Below are positions 38,506 to 48,553 of a stretch of 64,000 nucleotides of DNA, piece after piece. Made by a program: the position numbers and the translations under genes. The DNA comes from Desulfatiglandales bacterium. GTDB taxonomy: Bacteria > Desulfobacterota > DSM-4660 > Desulfatiglandales > HGW-15. Where the stretch lies: the NCBI GenBank assembly GCA_963667015.2, contig CAXXJJ010000004.1:588874-652873 (forward strand), in the 5' to 3' direction. Position 1 is the stretch's first letter; every line of letters begins with the position of its first letter. The notes under the pieces were generated by a model. It ran no database searches. It saw nothing but the letters and a program-made list of their open reading frames with translations, and had not been told where the DNA came from.

Positions 38506-40089
38506 ATGTGTGGTATAGCAGGCTGTATAGGCCGAAAAGATGTGGAAACAGTCAACAGGATGCTCGATGCACTTGAACACCGGGGACCCGACGACAGGGG
38601 AGTTCATATCAACGGTAAAAGTGTATTCGGTCATACCCGCCTTTCGATCGTAGATGTTGCAAATGGTCATCAGCCGATAATCTCAAATGGCGGAACCCAG
38701 GGAATTATCTGCAATGGTGAAGTTTACAATTATAGAAAAATCAAAAAAAGACTGGAAAATAAATATTCCTTTCAGACAGATTCCGACTCTGAAACAATTC
38801 TGCACCTTTATGAAGAAAAAGGACCTGACTGCGTAAAGGACCTGGACGGAATGTTTGCCTTTGCCATCTTCGATGATGACAACTTTATGATGGCAAGGGA
38901 TCCTATTGGTATTAAACCCCTGTATTATGGTTATAAACATGGCAATCTCTATTTCACTTCCGAACTGGGAGCCATGTCCCTTGCAGGTCTTGATGAGGTG
39001 CACGAATTCCCTGCAGGTCACTATTATACGCCGAAGGAAGGTTTTGTAGAATTTTACAGAACCCCGGATATTGAGGACAGGCTGCTGACAGACATTGAAG
39101 AGGCAAGCGGCATTATACGGGACACCTTTATCAGGGCAGTAAAAAAACGATTACTGTCAGATCCTGACATCCACGTAGGTTCATTCTGCAGCGGCGGACT
39201 TGACAGCAGTCTCGTGGCAGCTATTGCGGCAGATGAAATACCGAATCTGCACACATTCGTGGTTGGCATGAAGGATGATAATGGTGAATTGAGCGATGAT
39301 ATCAAGGCTTCCAGGATAGCTGCGGATTATATCGGATCAAATCATCATGAACTGGTGTTTACCGAAGATGAATATTATAACGCCCTTCCCAGGGTTATCG
39401 AAAAACTTGAAACATATGACCCGTCCCTGGTCCGATGTGCTGTACCCTGCTATTTCACATGTAAACTCGCTGCTGATTATGTAACGGTTGTATTAACCGG
39501 CGAAGGAGCAGATGAGATTTTTACAGGCTATCACTATATGAAGCATTTCTCCCGCGAAAAGCTGAATATGGAGGCTCGCCGCTGTATAAATAACCTGCAT
39601 AATATAAATCTGCAAAGGGCTGACAGGATGGGAATGCTCTTCAGTCTTGAGCTCAGGGTTCCGTTTCTTGATGAAGAAATGATTGCCCTCTCAATGAAAA
39701 TTCCTCCCGAATTAAAAATCAGAGAACATAACAATGCCAAGATAGAAAAATGGATTTTAAGAAAGGCCTTTGAGGATACAGGTTATCTCCCCCAGGAGAT
39801 ACTCTGGAGATACAAGGTACAGTATACGCAGGGCGCGGGTTGTGAGAGCCTTGGTGAAAAGCTGGCCCATAAACAGATAAGTGAAGACGAATATCAGAAA
39901 ATCAAGGCGGAAAATCCCAATGCAGTTATCAACAGCCGGGAAGCCGCCTTTTACTACAAGATCTTCAGGGAGTTTCACCCCCAGGATTCCATACTTGGTT
40001 CAATAGGCATATGGACCGGGTTTGATTTTGCCGAGGAACGTGAAAAAGTAACGGGCACGGTTGATGGCGAACTGAAGCATGACCTTTAA
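38506..40089 (+). CDS. asnB: Asparagine synthase (glutamine-hydrolysing)
   Basis: N-terminal nucleophile MCGIAG, HRGPDD and the PP-loop SGGLDSS. Confidence 0.9.
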   Translation: MCGIAGCIGRKDVETVNRMLDALEHRGPDDRGVHINGKSVFGHTRLSIVDVANGHQPIISNGGTQGIICNGEVYNYRKIKKRLENKYSFQTDSDSETILHLYEEKGPDCVKDLDGMFAFAIFDDDNFMMARDPIGIKPLYYGYKHGNLYFTSELGAMSLAGLDEVHEFPAGHYYTPKEGFVEFYRTPDIEDRLLTDIEEASGIIRDTFIRAVKKRLLSDPDIHVGSFCSGGLDSSLVAAIAADEIPNLHTFVVGMKDDNGELSDDIKASRIAADYIGSNHHELVFTEDEYYNALPRVIEKLETYDPSLVRCAVPCYFTCKLAADYVTVVLTGEGADEIFTGYHYMKHFSREKLNMEARRCINNLHNINLQRADRMGMLFSLELRVPFLDEEMIALSMKIPPELKIREHNNAKIEKWILRKAFEDTGYLPQEILWRYKVQYTQGAGCESLGEKLAHKQISEDEYQKIKAENPNAVINSREAAFYYKIFREFHPQDSILGSIGIWTGFDFAEEREKVTGTVDGELKHDL

Positions 40090-40195
40090 AAAAAGAAAAG
40101 TAAATTAATACAATCGATCAATAATTTTTTCTGTGTTCATTTCAGGAAATATATAATTTCAATGACGAAAAAACACTCAAAGGAGAGGAAACAAA

Positions 40196-41527
40196 ATGGC
40201 ACTGGAAACCTACTATAAATATATTGTCATAGGAGCCGGAATACATGGCCTCAGCACGGCCTATCATCTGGCTCTGGAGCTTGAAGCAAAAAAAAGAGGA
40301 ACAGGAAAGGATATCCTTCTTATTGATAAATCGGCAATAGGCGCCGGTGCGTCAGGAATCGCCTGCGGTGTTATCCGCAATAACTACTATCAGCCTGCAA
40401 TGCAGGAATTGATCTCACACAGTGTGGGTGTCTGGGAACAGGACGCAGAGGGATACGGATACCTTCCTGTCGGTTACATGCAGATTTCTCCGGAATCAAT
40501 GCATGAAGATGTAAACGACATATATGAAAGGCAGAAAAATATCGGCTACGAGTCAGAGTTTATAGAAGGTGAAAAAGACTGCCTTAAATACATGAGAGAT
40601 TATATTTTTGAAGACTGGCAGGCACAGGGTACAACCTCTATCCTTCACGAAAAAAAAGGCGGATATGCCAATAACACAAAGGCTCTTTATCGTCTTGCCG
40701 ATAAGGCGGAACACCTGGGTGTGAGAATACTGACAGGATGCGAGGTAATCGGTTTTGACACTAACGGATGTATTAGTGGAGTTGAAACAACAAAGGGCCA
40801 TTTCAAATGCGATTATACAATAATCGGCGCAGGTCCATGGGCAAACAGGTTCTGGCAGATGCTGGGGTTTCCGGATACTATAGATGTTAAGGGTCTTGAT
40901 GGAAAAGTGCACCCTGACATAAAGATGTGGACCTACTGGTCCTTACAGGAAGGAACCCTCGGTGTTGAACCCGATTACGGATTTAGCAACAGGGGAAGCA
41001 TGCCTCCGGTTATTCATTTTGATACGGATGCCCCCCTCTATTCAAGCGAAGACAACAGCCTGATCACGGAGGACATGTGGGGCATATATTATAAACCGGA
41101 CTTTCATTTTAACGGTATCCAGGGAGGGACTACACCGGACCTTGTAACAAGCAGGAGAGTTGCAGTAGACCCATACGGAATTGATTCTCCTGATTTTATT
41201 GTAGGACCGGAATTTGCCCATACATGGACATCCGCCCTTGCACACTGCCAGAAGAGATATGAAGATAAGTACCTTAGATATAAAAAAGTGCCGTCAGGCG
41301 GACTGGGCGCCTTTTCACCGGACAACTTCCCTATCTTCGATGTATTCAAGGAAAACTGCTACTTCATCGCAGATTCCAGTCACGGCTACAAGATGATAGG
41401 GGTTGGTAAGCTTGTGGCAAAAGAAATCATGGGAGAAAAACAGAGCCTCCTTGATCCCTTCAGGTTCAAAAGATATGAAACAGGAGAACTTCTGCCGGAA
41501 TCAAACAGCCCGTTTCCATGGAGTTAA
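40196..41527 (+). CDS. FAD-dependent oxidoreductase (DAO / sarcosine-oxidase-beta-like)
   Basis: Dinucleotide fold YIVIGAGIHGLSTAYHLA. 443 aa. Confidence 0.8.
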   Translation: MALETYYKYIVIGAGIHGLSTAYHLALELEAKKRGTGKDILLIDKSAIGAGASGIACGVIRNNYYQPAMQELISHSVGVWEQDAEGYGYLPVGYMQISPESMHEDVNDIYERQKNIGYESEFIEGEKDCLKYMRDYIFEDWQAQGTTSILHEKKGGYANNTKALYRLADKAEHLGVRILTGCEVIGFDTNGCISGVETTKGHFKCDYTIIGAGPWANRFWQMLGFPDTIDVKGLDGKVHPDIKMWTYWSLQEGTLGVEPDYGFSNRGSMPPVIHFDTDAPLYSSEDNSLITEDMWGIYYKPDFHFNGIQGGTTPDLVTSRRVAVDPYGIDSPDFIVGPEFAHTWTSALAHCQKRYEDKYLRYKKVPSGGLGAFSPDNFPIFDVFKENCYFIADSSHGYKMIGVGKLVAKEIMGEKQSLLDPFRFKRYETGELLPESNSPFPWS

Positions 41528-41557
41528 ACTGTTATAATCTGAAAGTCAGAACCACTG

Positions 41558-42685
41558 ATGATTCAATATAATCAAGTATACAAGACCTTTGGTCACGGGG
41601 CTGAGGCTGTAAATGCAGTTGAAAATGTCTCTTTTAAAATAAAAAAGGGACATCTTGTTGCATTCCTGGGACCATCAGGATGCGGAAAAACCACTCTGCT
41701 TAAACTCACAAACCGGCTTATCCCCCTTACAGGCGGAAGCATAAGCATAAACGATCAGGATATAATGGCATGGAAGGGAGTAAAACTCCGTCAGTCAATG
41801 GGATACGCCATACAGGAGATCGGATTATTCCCCAACAAAACCGTTTACGGGAATATTGCTGTTGTTCCCCGTCTTTTAAAGTGGGATGAAAAACTGATAA
41901 GAGAACGTGTTGAGGAGCTTCTCCTCATGATGAGACTGGATCCCGATGCAGTAAGGGACCGCTACCCGGCAGAGCTTTCAGGTGGACAGCAGCAGCGGGT
42001 CGGAGTTGCACGCAGTCTTGCTGCCGATCCGGACATACTTCTGATGGATGAACCTTTCGGCGCGATCGATCCTATTAACAGGGAAGAAATTCAAAACGAA
42101 TTTCTTATGGTCCAGGAAAAACTGAAAAAGACTATTGCCTTTGTAACCCATGATATCCATGAGGCTATAAAGATGGGGGATAAGATTGCCATCTTTCAGG
42201 CAGGAAGGCTTATTCAGTATGATACACCGGAAATAATCCTGACCAATCCCGTTAACCGGTATATATCTAATTTTGTTGGCTCAGACCGAGCACTCAAATT
42301 GCTTGCCCTTAAAAAAGCCTGTGACGCCACAAAAAAAATCAATCTAAATACTGTAAACGGAGAAAACAGTACCCGGGAGGCCCTGAATAAATTAAAGGAC
42401 AATAAACTTGATTACCTTATAGTTCTTGATGAAGACAGACCGGCCGGACATGTAGATGAAGATTCTCTAAAAGGTATTGATACAGCCGTAAAAAAAGCAG
42501 CTAAAACCTTTCCAAGGATCATTAATGAGGGAGAAAGTCTCAGGGATGTACTCTCCTATATGCTGGTGAGCAGGGCCAAATATCTGCCTGTAGTTGATGA
42601 CCGGGGCATTATATCAGGTACCATCAGCTACAGAGATGTCCAAACCTGTATCAGGAATATATATGCAAAAAATGATAACAAATAA
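41558..42685 (+). CDS. Quaternary-amine (glycine betaine/choline-type) ABC transporter ATPase with tandem CBS domains
   Basis: Walker A GPSGCGKTT, signature LSGGQQQR, Walker B ILLMDEPF and a C-terminal CBS pair. Confidence 0.85.
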   Translation: MIQYNQVYKTFGHGAEAVNAVENVSFKIKKGHLVAFLGPSGCGKTTLLKLTNRLIPLTGGSISINDQDIMAWKGVKLRQSMGYAIQEIGLFPNKTVYGNIAVVPRLLKWDEKLIRERVEELLLMMRLDPDAVRDRYPAELSGGQQQRVGVARSLAADPDILLMDEPFGAIDPINREEIQNEFLMVQEKLKKTIAFVTHDIHEAIKMGDKIAIFQAGRLIQYDTPEIILTNPVNRYISNFVGSDRALKLLALKKACDATKKINLNTVNGENSTREALNKLKDNKLDYLIVLDEDRPAGHVDEDSLKGIDTAVKKAAKTFPRIINEGESLRDVLSYMLVSRAKYLPVVDDRGIISGTISYRDVQTCIRNIYAKNDNK

Positions 42686-42715
42686 AATATCCCTGACGAG
42701 AAGGTGTGTGATTAA

Positions 42716-43378
42716 ATGATGAGTGTTCTGGAGTTTATATATAAAAATTCAGATAGGTGCTGGTCTCTGACCCTGGAACATATATGGATCGTTTTTTTCT
42801 CTGTCCTTATCGCGACTGTAATCGCTGTTCCCGCAGGGATACTGATAACCAGAAACGAGACTATCGCCAGAAAGGTTATCAATACGGCAAATATCCTGAT
42901 GACAGTGCCTTCAATTGCTCTCTTCGGACTCATGCTCCCGTTTTTATCCCTGTTCGGACAGGGCCTTGGAAAGGTGCCGGCCATCATAGCCCTTGTTCTC
43001 TATAGCCAGTTACCGATAATAAGAAACACCTATACTGGAATTAAAAATATACCACCATCTCTCATTGAGGCAGGCAGGGGAATTGGAATGGGAAGCTGGA
43101 CAAGGATGTGGCAGATAGAAATACCTGTTGCGGTGCCTGTTATCATTGCCGGCCTAAGAACAGCAGCTGTCATGAACATAGGCATAGCCGCAATAGCCGC
43201 CTATATAGGTGCAGGCGGACTTGGCGTCTTTATTCAGCAGGGCATTGCCAGAGTATATGATGAAATGATACTGGCAGGCGCCCTCCTGGTGGCTCTGCTT
43301 GCAATTTTTATTGATCTGTTTATGGCCCTAATTGAGAGGATATTAACCCCAAAAGGCCTTCAGGTATCAAGAGAGTGA
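42716..43378 (+). CDS. ABC transporter permease (OpuCB/OpuBB-like)
   Basis: BPD-type permease with the EAA-like loop IEAGRGIGMGSWTRMWQIEIP. Confidence 0.85.
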   Translation: MMSVLEFIYKNSDRCWSLTLEHIWIVFFSVLIATVIAVPAGILITRNETIARKVINTANILMTVPSIALFGLMLPFLSLFGQGLGKVPAIIALVLYSQLPIIRNTYTGIKNIPPSLIEAGRGIGMGSWTRMWQIEIPVAVPVIIAGLRTAAVMNIGIAAIAAYIGAGGLGVFIQQGIARVYDEMILAGALLVALLAIFIDLFMALIERILTPKGLQVSRE

Positions 43379-44124
43379 AACAAATGAAGGGAATAACAGC
43401 AAAGGCCTACAGTTTTATACTGCTTCTAATACTTCTTGCAGCAGGTGTATCTCTGGAAAGGACGGGCCTGATTAAATACCTTTCCGATCCATTTGAGATG
43501 CATTTCACCTTAAGTCTTATTAATCAGCATGTAAACATGGTGCTTGCAAGCATGTCCATTGCGACACTGATCGGGCTGTCAACGGGAATAATATTTACCC
43601 GGCCCCGGCTTAAAAAATATTCCGGTGTTGTGATGTATATTGTCGGTCTCGGTCAGACTGTTCCGTCACTTGCAGTTATTGCACTGGCAATGAGTTTTAT
43701 CGGCATTGGTTTTAAGGCGGCTGTTTTTGCACTGTGCATATATTCCATACTCCCTATTGCAAGAAATACGCTTGCAGGTATTTCTTCGGTTCCATCATGG
43801 ATCATTGATGCAGCCAGGGGAATGGGTATGCCGAAATATAAGATCCTGTTTCAGATAGAAATACCCAATGCAATGAAGGTTATACTTACAGGATTCAGGG
43901 TTGCACTGATAATAAATATCGGGACCGCTGCCCTTGCCTTCCTTATTGGCGCCGGAGGGTTGGGAGATCATATATTTACGGGTATTTCTCTCATGAGAAT
44001 GGATAAACTCCTTGCAGGTGCGATACCCATAACACTGCTTGCCCTTTTTGCCGATTACCTGTGTGAACTTCTCGGTCTCTTAATAGTACCAAAGGGCCTA
44101 AGGCTTAGTGAAAAAACAAACTAA
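43375..44124 (+). CDS. ABC transporter permease (OpuCD-like)
   Basis: EAA-like loop IDAARGMGMPKYKILFQIEIP. The GTG start overlaps the upstream stop. An alternative ATG lies at 43384. Confidence 0.8.
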   Translation: MKQMKGITAKAYSFILLLILLAAGVSLERTGLIKYLSDPFEMHFTLSLINQHVNMVLASMSIATLIGLSTGIIFTRPRLKKYSGVVMYIVGLGQTVPSLAVIALAMSFIGIGFKAAVFALCIYSILPIARNTLAGISSVPSWIIDAARGMGMPKYKILFQIEIPNAMKVILTGFRVALIINIGTAALAFLIGAGGLGDHIFTGISLMRMDKLLAGAIPITLLALFADYLCELLGLLIVPKGLRLSEKTN

Positions 44125-44138
44125 AAAGGAAAATTGTT

Positions 44139-45053
44139 ATGTTTAAATTAAAAAAGATCTCCTTTTACATACTGTTAACATTATTTCTTCTTGCATCATT
44201 TTCTTCTGCTGCTTCTGCTGAAAAGAAAATCGTGCTGGGCGGCAAAAATTTTACTGAGCAGTATATCCTTTCAGAAGCAGCAGGAATTCTCTTAGAAAAA
44301 AACGGTTTTAATGTTGAAATGAGAAATGGTGTGGGTTCAACGGTTGCAAGACAATCCCTGGAAAACGGACAGATCGATCTGTACTATGAATATACGGGAA
44401 CCGCCTATACCATATATCACAAGCAGAATGATAAAGGCATTATGACTGATCGTGAGAAATGCTACGACTGGGTAAATAAAGCCGATGCTGCAAAAGGCCT
44501 TCTATGGCTCGATCCGGTCATGTTCAATAACACATACACATTATTAATGAGAAAAATCCAGGCTGAAAAGCTTGGTATCAGGAGCATCAGTGACCTGGGG
44601 AAATTTATTAATAAAAACAGTAAAAAGCTTGTAATTGGTGTGGGTGCGGAGTTCTGGGAAAGGCCGGATGGATTTAAACCACTCATGAAACTGTATGGCT
44701 TCAGTATCCCGTACAGCAACCTTAAGAAGATGGATGACGGCCTTGTCTACAAGGCCTTAAAGGATAAACAGGTAGATGTATCCATGGGATTTGCAACTGA
44801 CGGCAGGATATCCTCATTCGGGTTTGTAGTGCTTAAGGATGACAAGGCATATTTCCCTGTGTACAACCCGGTTCCGGTTGTGCGCAGGCCTGTGCTGGAT
44901 AAATATCCTGAAATAAGAGGTATACTAAGACCTCTTTCGGAAAAACTGACCACAATGGAAATGCAGCATCTGAATGCCCTTGTTGATATTGAACACAGGG
45001 AACTCCGTGAAGTAGTAGAGGAGTGGCTTAAGGGAAAAGGGATCTTTGAATAA
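44139..45053 (+). CDS. Glycine betaine/quaternary-amine ABC substrate-binding protein (OpuCC/OpuBC-like)
   Basis: Signal peptide followed by KKIVLGGKNFTEQYIL...LYYEYTGTAY, typical of the OpuAC-fold family. Confidence 0.85.
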   Translation: MFKLKKISFYILLTLFLLASFSSAASAEKKIVLGGKNFTEQYILSEAAGILLEKNGFNVEMRNGVGSTVARQSLENGQIDLYYEYTGTAYTIYHKQNDKGIMTDREKCYDWVNKADAAKGLLWLDPVMFNNTYTLLMRKIQAEKLGIRSISDLGKFINKNSKKLVIGVGAEFWERPDGFKPLMKLYGFSIPYSNLKKMDDGLVYKALKDKQVDVSMGFATDGRISSFGFVVLKDDKAYFPVYNPVPVVRRPVLDKYPEIRGILRPLSEKLTTMEMQHLNALVDIEHRELREVVEEWLKGKGIFE

Positions 45054-45063
45054 AGGAGATAAT

Positions 45064-45999
45064 ATGAAAGTAGCCGTTTATCAAACCAGTCCAAAACTTC
45101 TGGATCTGAGGGCCAATCTGGAAGATGTAATAGAAAAGATCAGAGACGGGCAAAATAATGGTGCCAGCCTGATAGTTTTTCCTGAACTGGCATTGACAGG
45201 ATATTTTGTAGGCCAGAGATTTCATGAAGTGGCATTAAGACTTGATTCAAAGGAAATCAGACAGATTGTAGACGCAACAAAGGGAACCGCTGCAGTAGTG
45301 GGCTTCATAGAAGAATCTCCTTCAATGAATTTTTATAATTCAGCACTGGTTGCAGAAAACGGCAAACTACTTTTTACCTACAGGAAGCTTAATCTGCCAA
45401 ATTATGGGGTGTTTGAAGAGAGAAAGCTGTTTGCATCAGGAAAGCAAGTCCCGGTGTTTAAACTTAATGATTACAACATAGCCGTCTTTATATGCAATGA
45501 CCTGTGGCATCCGAGCCTGCCCTATCTGGGAGTAACCCAGAAGGCTGATATATTTGTTAGTATTTTCAATTCAAGCCAGGGCTCAATGGGTGAGGAGTTC
45601 AGCAATATTGAAAGCTGGTCAATCATTAACAGTTTTTATTCAAGGATATTCGGTGTCTATAACATATGCGCCAACCGTGTAGGAGAGGAGTCGTTGAAAG
45701 AAAGACGCAGCTCAGACAGTAATATAATAGGGGGGGCAGGACCTGATAGTGAAGAATGCAGGGAAGATATAATAACATACAGCTTCTGGGGGGGAAGTGA
45801 AATACTGAATCCCTTTGGCAAGCACCTGGCAAATGCAGCCCTTCATAAAGAGGACTGTATCTCTGCCGAACTTGAAAAAGACATTCTCAGAAAAAAGAAA
45901 ATCCTTCTTCCATACCTGCGAAATGATGACCCCTATTTTACTCATCGCGAACTTCAACGAATTCTTTATGAAAGCAGCCCGAAGAAAATAGAAAAATGA
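45064..45999 (+). CDS. Carbon-nitrogen hydrolase (nitrilase superfamily)
   Basis: Lies within track ORF 45046..45999. ATG at 45064 follows AGGAG. E-K-C triad contexts: FPELALTGY, YRKLNLP, AVFICNDLWHP. Confidence 0.8.
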   Translation: MKVAVYQTSPKLLDLRANLEDVIEKIRDGQNNGASLIVFPELALTGYFVGQRFHEVALRLDSKEIRQIVDATKGTAAVVGFIEESPSMNFYNSALVAENGKLLFTYRKLNLPNYGVFEERKLFASGKQVPVFKLNDYNIAVFICNDLWHPSLPYLGVTQKADIFVSIFNSSQGSMGEEFSNIESWSIINSFYSRIFGVYNICANRVGEESLKERRSSDSNIIGGAGPDSEECREDIITYSFWGGSEILNPFGKHLANAALHKEDCISAELEKDILRKKKILLPYLRNDDPYFTHRELQRILYESSPKKIEK

Positions 46000-46034
46000 G
46001 AGTATTAAAATCAATCTTTTAAGAGGAGGCATAA

Positions 46035-47492
46035 ATGAATTTATCAGGACTTTCAGGAGGACAGTATAAACCCTTATCACCCGACCAGGTTGAGAAACTG
46101 CACGGAGCAGCGCTCTCTATCCTTGAAAAGACAGGAATGACATTTGAACCGGGATTGGAAGATGTGGCAGAATTACTTGGTTTAAACGGCGCAACCCTGG
46201 ATATGGAGAAGAGGATTATCAGGTTTTCTTCTGAAATGATTGCTGAAGCAGTTTCAAAGGCTCCGGAACAGGTTGTTTTGTATGGCCGGAAGGAAGAAAA
46301 TGACCTCTATTTAGCAAAAGATAAAGTTCATTTGGGAACCGGAGGCGCTGCAATAAAAATACTGGATCTGGACACCGGGGAAATTCGTCCCACAACACTG
46401 GCAGACCTTAAAATGGTTACACAACTGGTAGACAAACTGGAAAATATTCATTTTCTGGTAAGGCCATGTATTCCAACTGATATTGATAAGGCGGATTACG
46501 ATATCAACATGTATTATGCATGTCTTTCCGCAACAGCAAAGCATGTGATGTCAGGCGTCAATGATGAAAAAGGCCTGGCAGATGTAATCAGCATGGCGTC
46601 AATGATTGCCGGCGGAAAGGAAAAGCTCAAGGCAAAACCTTTTATATCAGTGATAACATCCTTTGCGATCAGTCCATTAAAATTATGCACACAATCCACC
46701 CGGATAATGCGTGAGGCAGTCAAAGAAGAGATTCCGGTTGCACTCTCCTGTGCGCCAATGGCAGGGTCTACATCACCCTTAACCATGGCTGGAACCCTGG
46801 CTCAGCTGCATGCCGAACAGCTTGCAGGAGTGGCAATCTGTCAGTTCACCAATCCGGGAGCCCCAATACTTTATGGCGGCATACCCGGAATGGCAAACCT
46901 CAAGACAATGGGATACCTGGGAGGAGCAGTGGAATGCGGAATGATGAACGCCGCTGTTCATCAGTTGGCAGATCATGTAAAGATACCCAATTACAACTCT
47001 GCGGGTTTAACCGACTCCAAGGTATCCGATGGCCAGGCCGCCTATGAGAAGACATTTACAACACTGCTTGCCGCAATGGGTGGATCAAACTATACTCACC
47101 ATGCAGCAGGCATGCTGGAATCCATGCTGACTATTGCACATGAACAGTTCGTTATAGATGACGAGATCATAGGAAATGCCTGCAAGGTATTAAAAGGTAT
47201 CAATTGCGACGAAGAACACCTGGCGCTTGATGTTATTGAAGAAGTCGGAGCAGGCGGTAATTTCATGATGTCCGCCCATACCATGGAGCATCTGTATGAT
47301 GAATATTATCAGGGAAACGGTGTGACCGACCAGAAAGCCCGATCCGGATGGGAAAAGGACGGAAGCCTGGACATCAAAGAGCGGGCACGGAAGATCGCGA
47401 AATCAATTCTGGATAAACCTTCAGAGAGTTATATTCCGGAGGATATTGACAAAGAAATCAGGCAGAAGTTTAAGATTCTTCTGAATCGATAA
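46035..47492 (+). CDS. MttB-superfamily methyltransferase, non-pyrrolysine type (quaternary amine:corrinoid methyltransferase candidate)
   Basis: N-terminus ...PLSPDQVEKLHGAALSILEKTGM typical of MttB-family proteins. Uninterrupted 485-aa ORF with no in-frame TAG. Confidence 0.8.
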   Translation: MNLSGLSGGQYKPLSPDQVEKLHGAALSILEKTGMTFEPGLEDVAELLGLNGATLDMEKRIIRFSSEMIAEAVSKAPEQVVLYGRKEENDLYLAKDKVHLGTGGAAIKILDLDTGEIRPTTLADLKMVTQLVDKLENIHFLVRPCIPTDIDKADYDINMYYACLSATAKHVMSGVNDEKGLADVISMASMIAGGKEKLKAKPFISVITSFAISPLKLCTQSTRIMREAVKEEIPVALSCAPMAGSTSPLTMAGTLAQLHAEQLAGVAICQFTNPGAPILYGGIPGMANLKTMGYLGGAVECGMMNAAVHQLADHVKIPNYNSAGLTDSKVSDGQAAYEKTFTTLLAAMGGSNYTHHAAGMLESMLTIAHEQFVIDDEIIGNACKVLKGINCDEEHLALDVIEEVGAGGNFMMSAHTMEHLYDEYYQGNGVTDQKARSGWEKDGSLDIKERARKIAKSILDKPSESYIPEDIDKEIRQKFKILLNR

Positions 47493-47863
47493 TCGCTTTT
47501 TAAATTCCCCTCCCCTGCTTCTTTAGAGTATTGGAGGGGATTAATCTATCCTGTAACATTGTTTTCCACAGCCTGTGCGTTGCGTCTACAGCCCGATAGA
47601 CAGCCACAAGGCTTGAATCTTCACTCAGCAACCGAAAGCACTCCCCATCAATTGCGACAGTTGAAAAATATGCAGATGCACTGGATTGTCATCTGAAAAT
47701 TAAAGTTACTGCAAACAGCAAAGTCTAAATAAGGATTTGATTATCGTTACAACTATCAACTTAAGACCTGTAAATTGAGCATAGTTTAGATATTCACAAT
47801 ATATCACAACTTTGATTGAAGTTTAGATCATGGCAAGTGATCGGCACCACGACTATTTGGCTA

Positions 47864-47890
47864 ACTGTGAAAAGTGAAGACCTGACACCC
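47864..47890 (+). repeat. Copy 1 of a ~26-nt intergenic repeat ACTGTGAAAAGTRAAGACCTGACAC
   Basis: Matches 54474-54499 with one mismatch and has similar T/C-rich continuations. Confidence 0.6.
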
Positions 47891-47960
47891 TTCTTTGTTG
47901 CTCGGTTCTTAGAGGGCTTGGGGATAGCAATATCCCCCGGCTACCCGGTCTTTCAAATAG

Positions 47961-47993
47961 AAAGGCAAGGTCAACATGAGACCCTGCCTTTTT
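47961..47993. terminator. Bidirectional terminator between the mttB-family and PEP-CTERM genes
   Basis: AAAGGCAAGG-11 nt-CCCTGCCTTT (one mismatch) with an A/T-tract on both sides. Confidence 0.55.
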
Positions 47994-48016
47994 ATTATTT
48001 AATATTTTATAATCCA

Positions 48017-48553
48017 TTATGATTTTTTGAATTTTCGTTTAAATCCTACAATACTGATTAGTCCAGAACCAAGGAGAAGCATGGTCGCTGGTTCAGGAAC
48101 AGGGTCAGCTTGAGTTTGTCTTTGATATATGAGGTTATCTATATCTAGATCATCGCTGTTATTAAAGATTGATACTCGCATAATATCATTTGTACCATAA
48201 TCGAGCCCCATAAAGAAAGGAGCTCTTTCTGACCATGTATATTCTTCAAGAAGAGTATTATTGGTATCGAATAGCGCCATACCAATATTTTGTCCTTTAG
48301 TTCTGGTAACATCCACACCAACAGCACTAATGGCTTCATTAAAGTCAATGTTTATGGTATGCCAAGTTTGATAGGCACCCGTCACAAACCAACCACCGCT
48401 AATTACAAAGTCATTACTATTTGTTGATGAAAAATCAAATAAGATGGCGGCACTGTCAAATTCTGACTGATCGATTGGTACAGCGTCTATGGAAAAAGTT
48501 ACAAATAGTAACATTAGTATTGAAAATAAAAATATTCTTTGCATTAGTCCCAT
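48017..48553 (-). CDS. PEP-CTERM sorting-domain protein
   Basis: Signal peptide and a C-terminal VPEPATMLLLGSGLISIVGFKRKFKKS (PEP motif, TM helix, basic tail). Confidence 0.85.
   Translation of the reverse strand: MGLMQRIFLFSILMLLFVTFSIDAVPIDQSEFDSAAILFDFSSTNSNDFVISGGWFVTGAYQTWHTINIDFNEAISAVGVDVTRTKGQNIGMALFDTNNTLLEEYTWSERAPFFMGLDYGTNDIMRVSIFNNSDDLDIDNLIYQRQTQADPVPEPATMLLLGSGLISIVGFKRKFKKS

Noticed and set aside
46035-47492. A pyrrolysine (in-frame TAG) in the MttB-family gene.
   Set aside because: The ORF is uninterrupted over 485 codons, so this is a non-Pyl member.
47506-47540. Hairpin TCCCCTCC-19 nt-GGAGGGGA just after the mttB-family stop, considered as a terminator.
   Set aside because: No U-run follows and the loop is long. 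The better terminator lies at 47961-47993.
47816-48022. 68-aa track ORF in the mttB / PEP-CTERM intergenic region.
   Set aside because: It has no RBS. It spans the 26-nt repeat and the bidirectional terminator, and its translation has no recognisable fold. Most likely non-coding.
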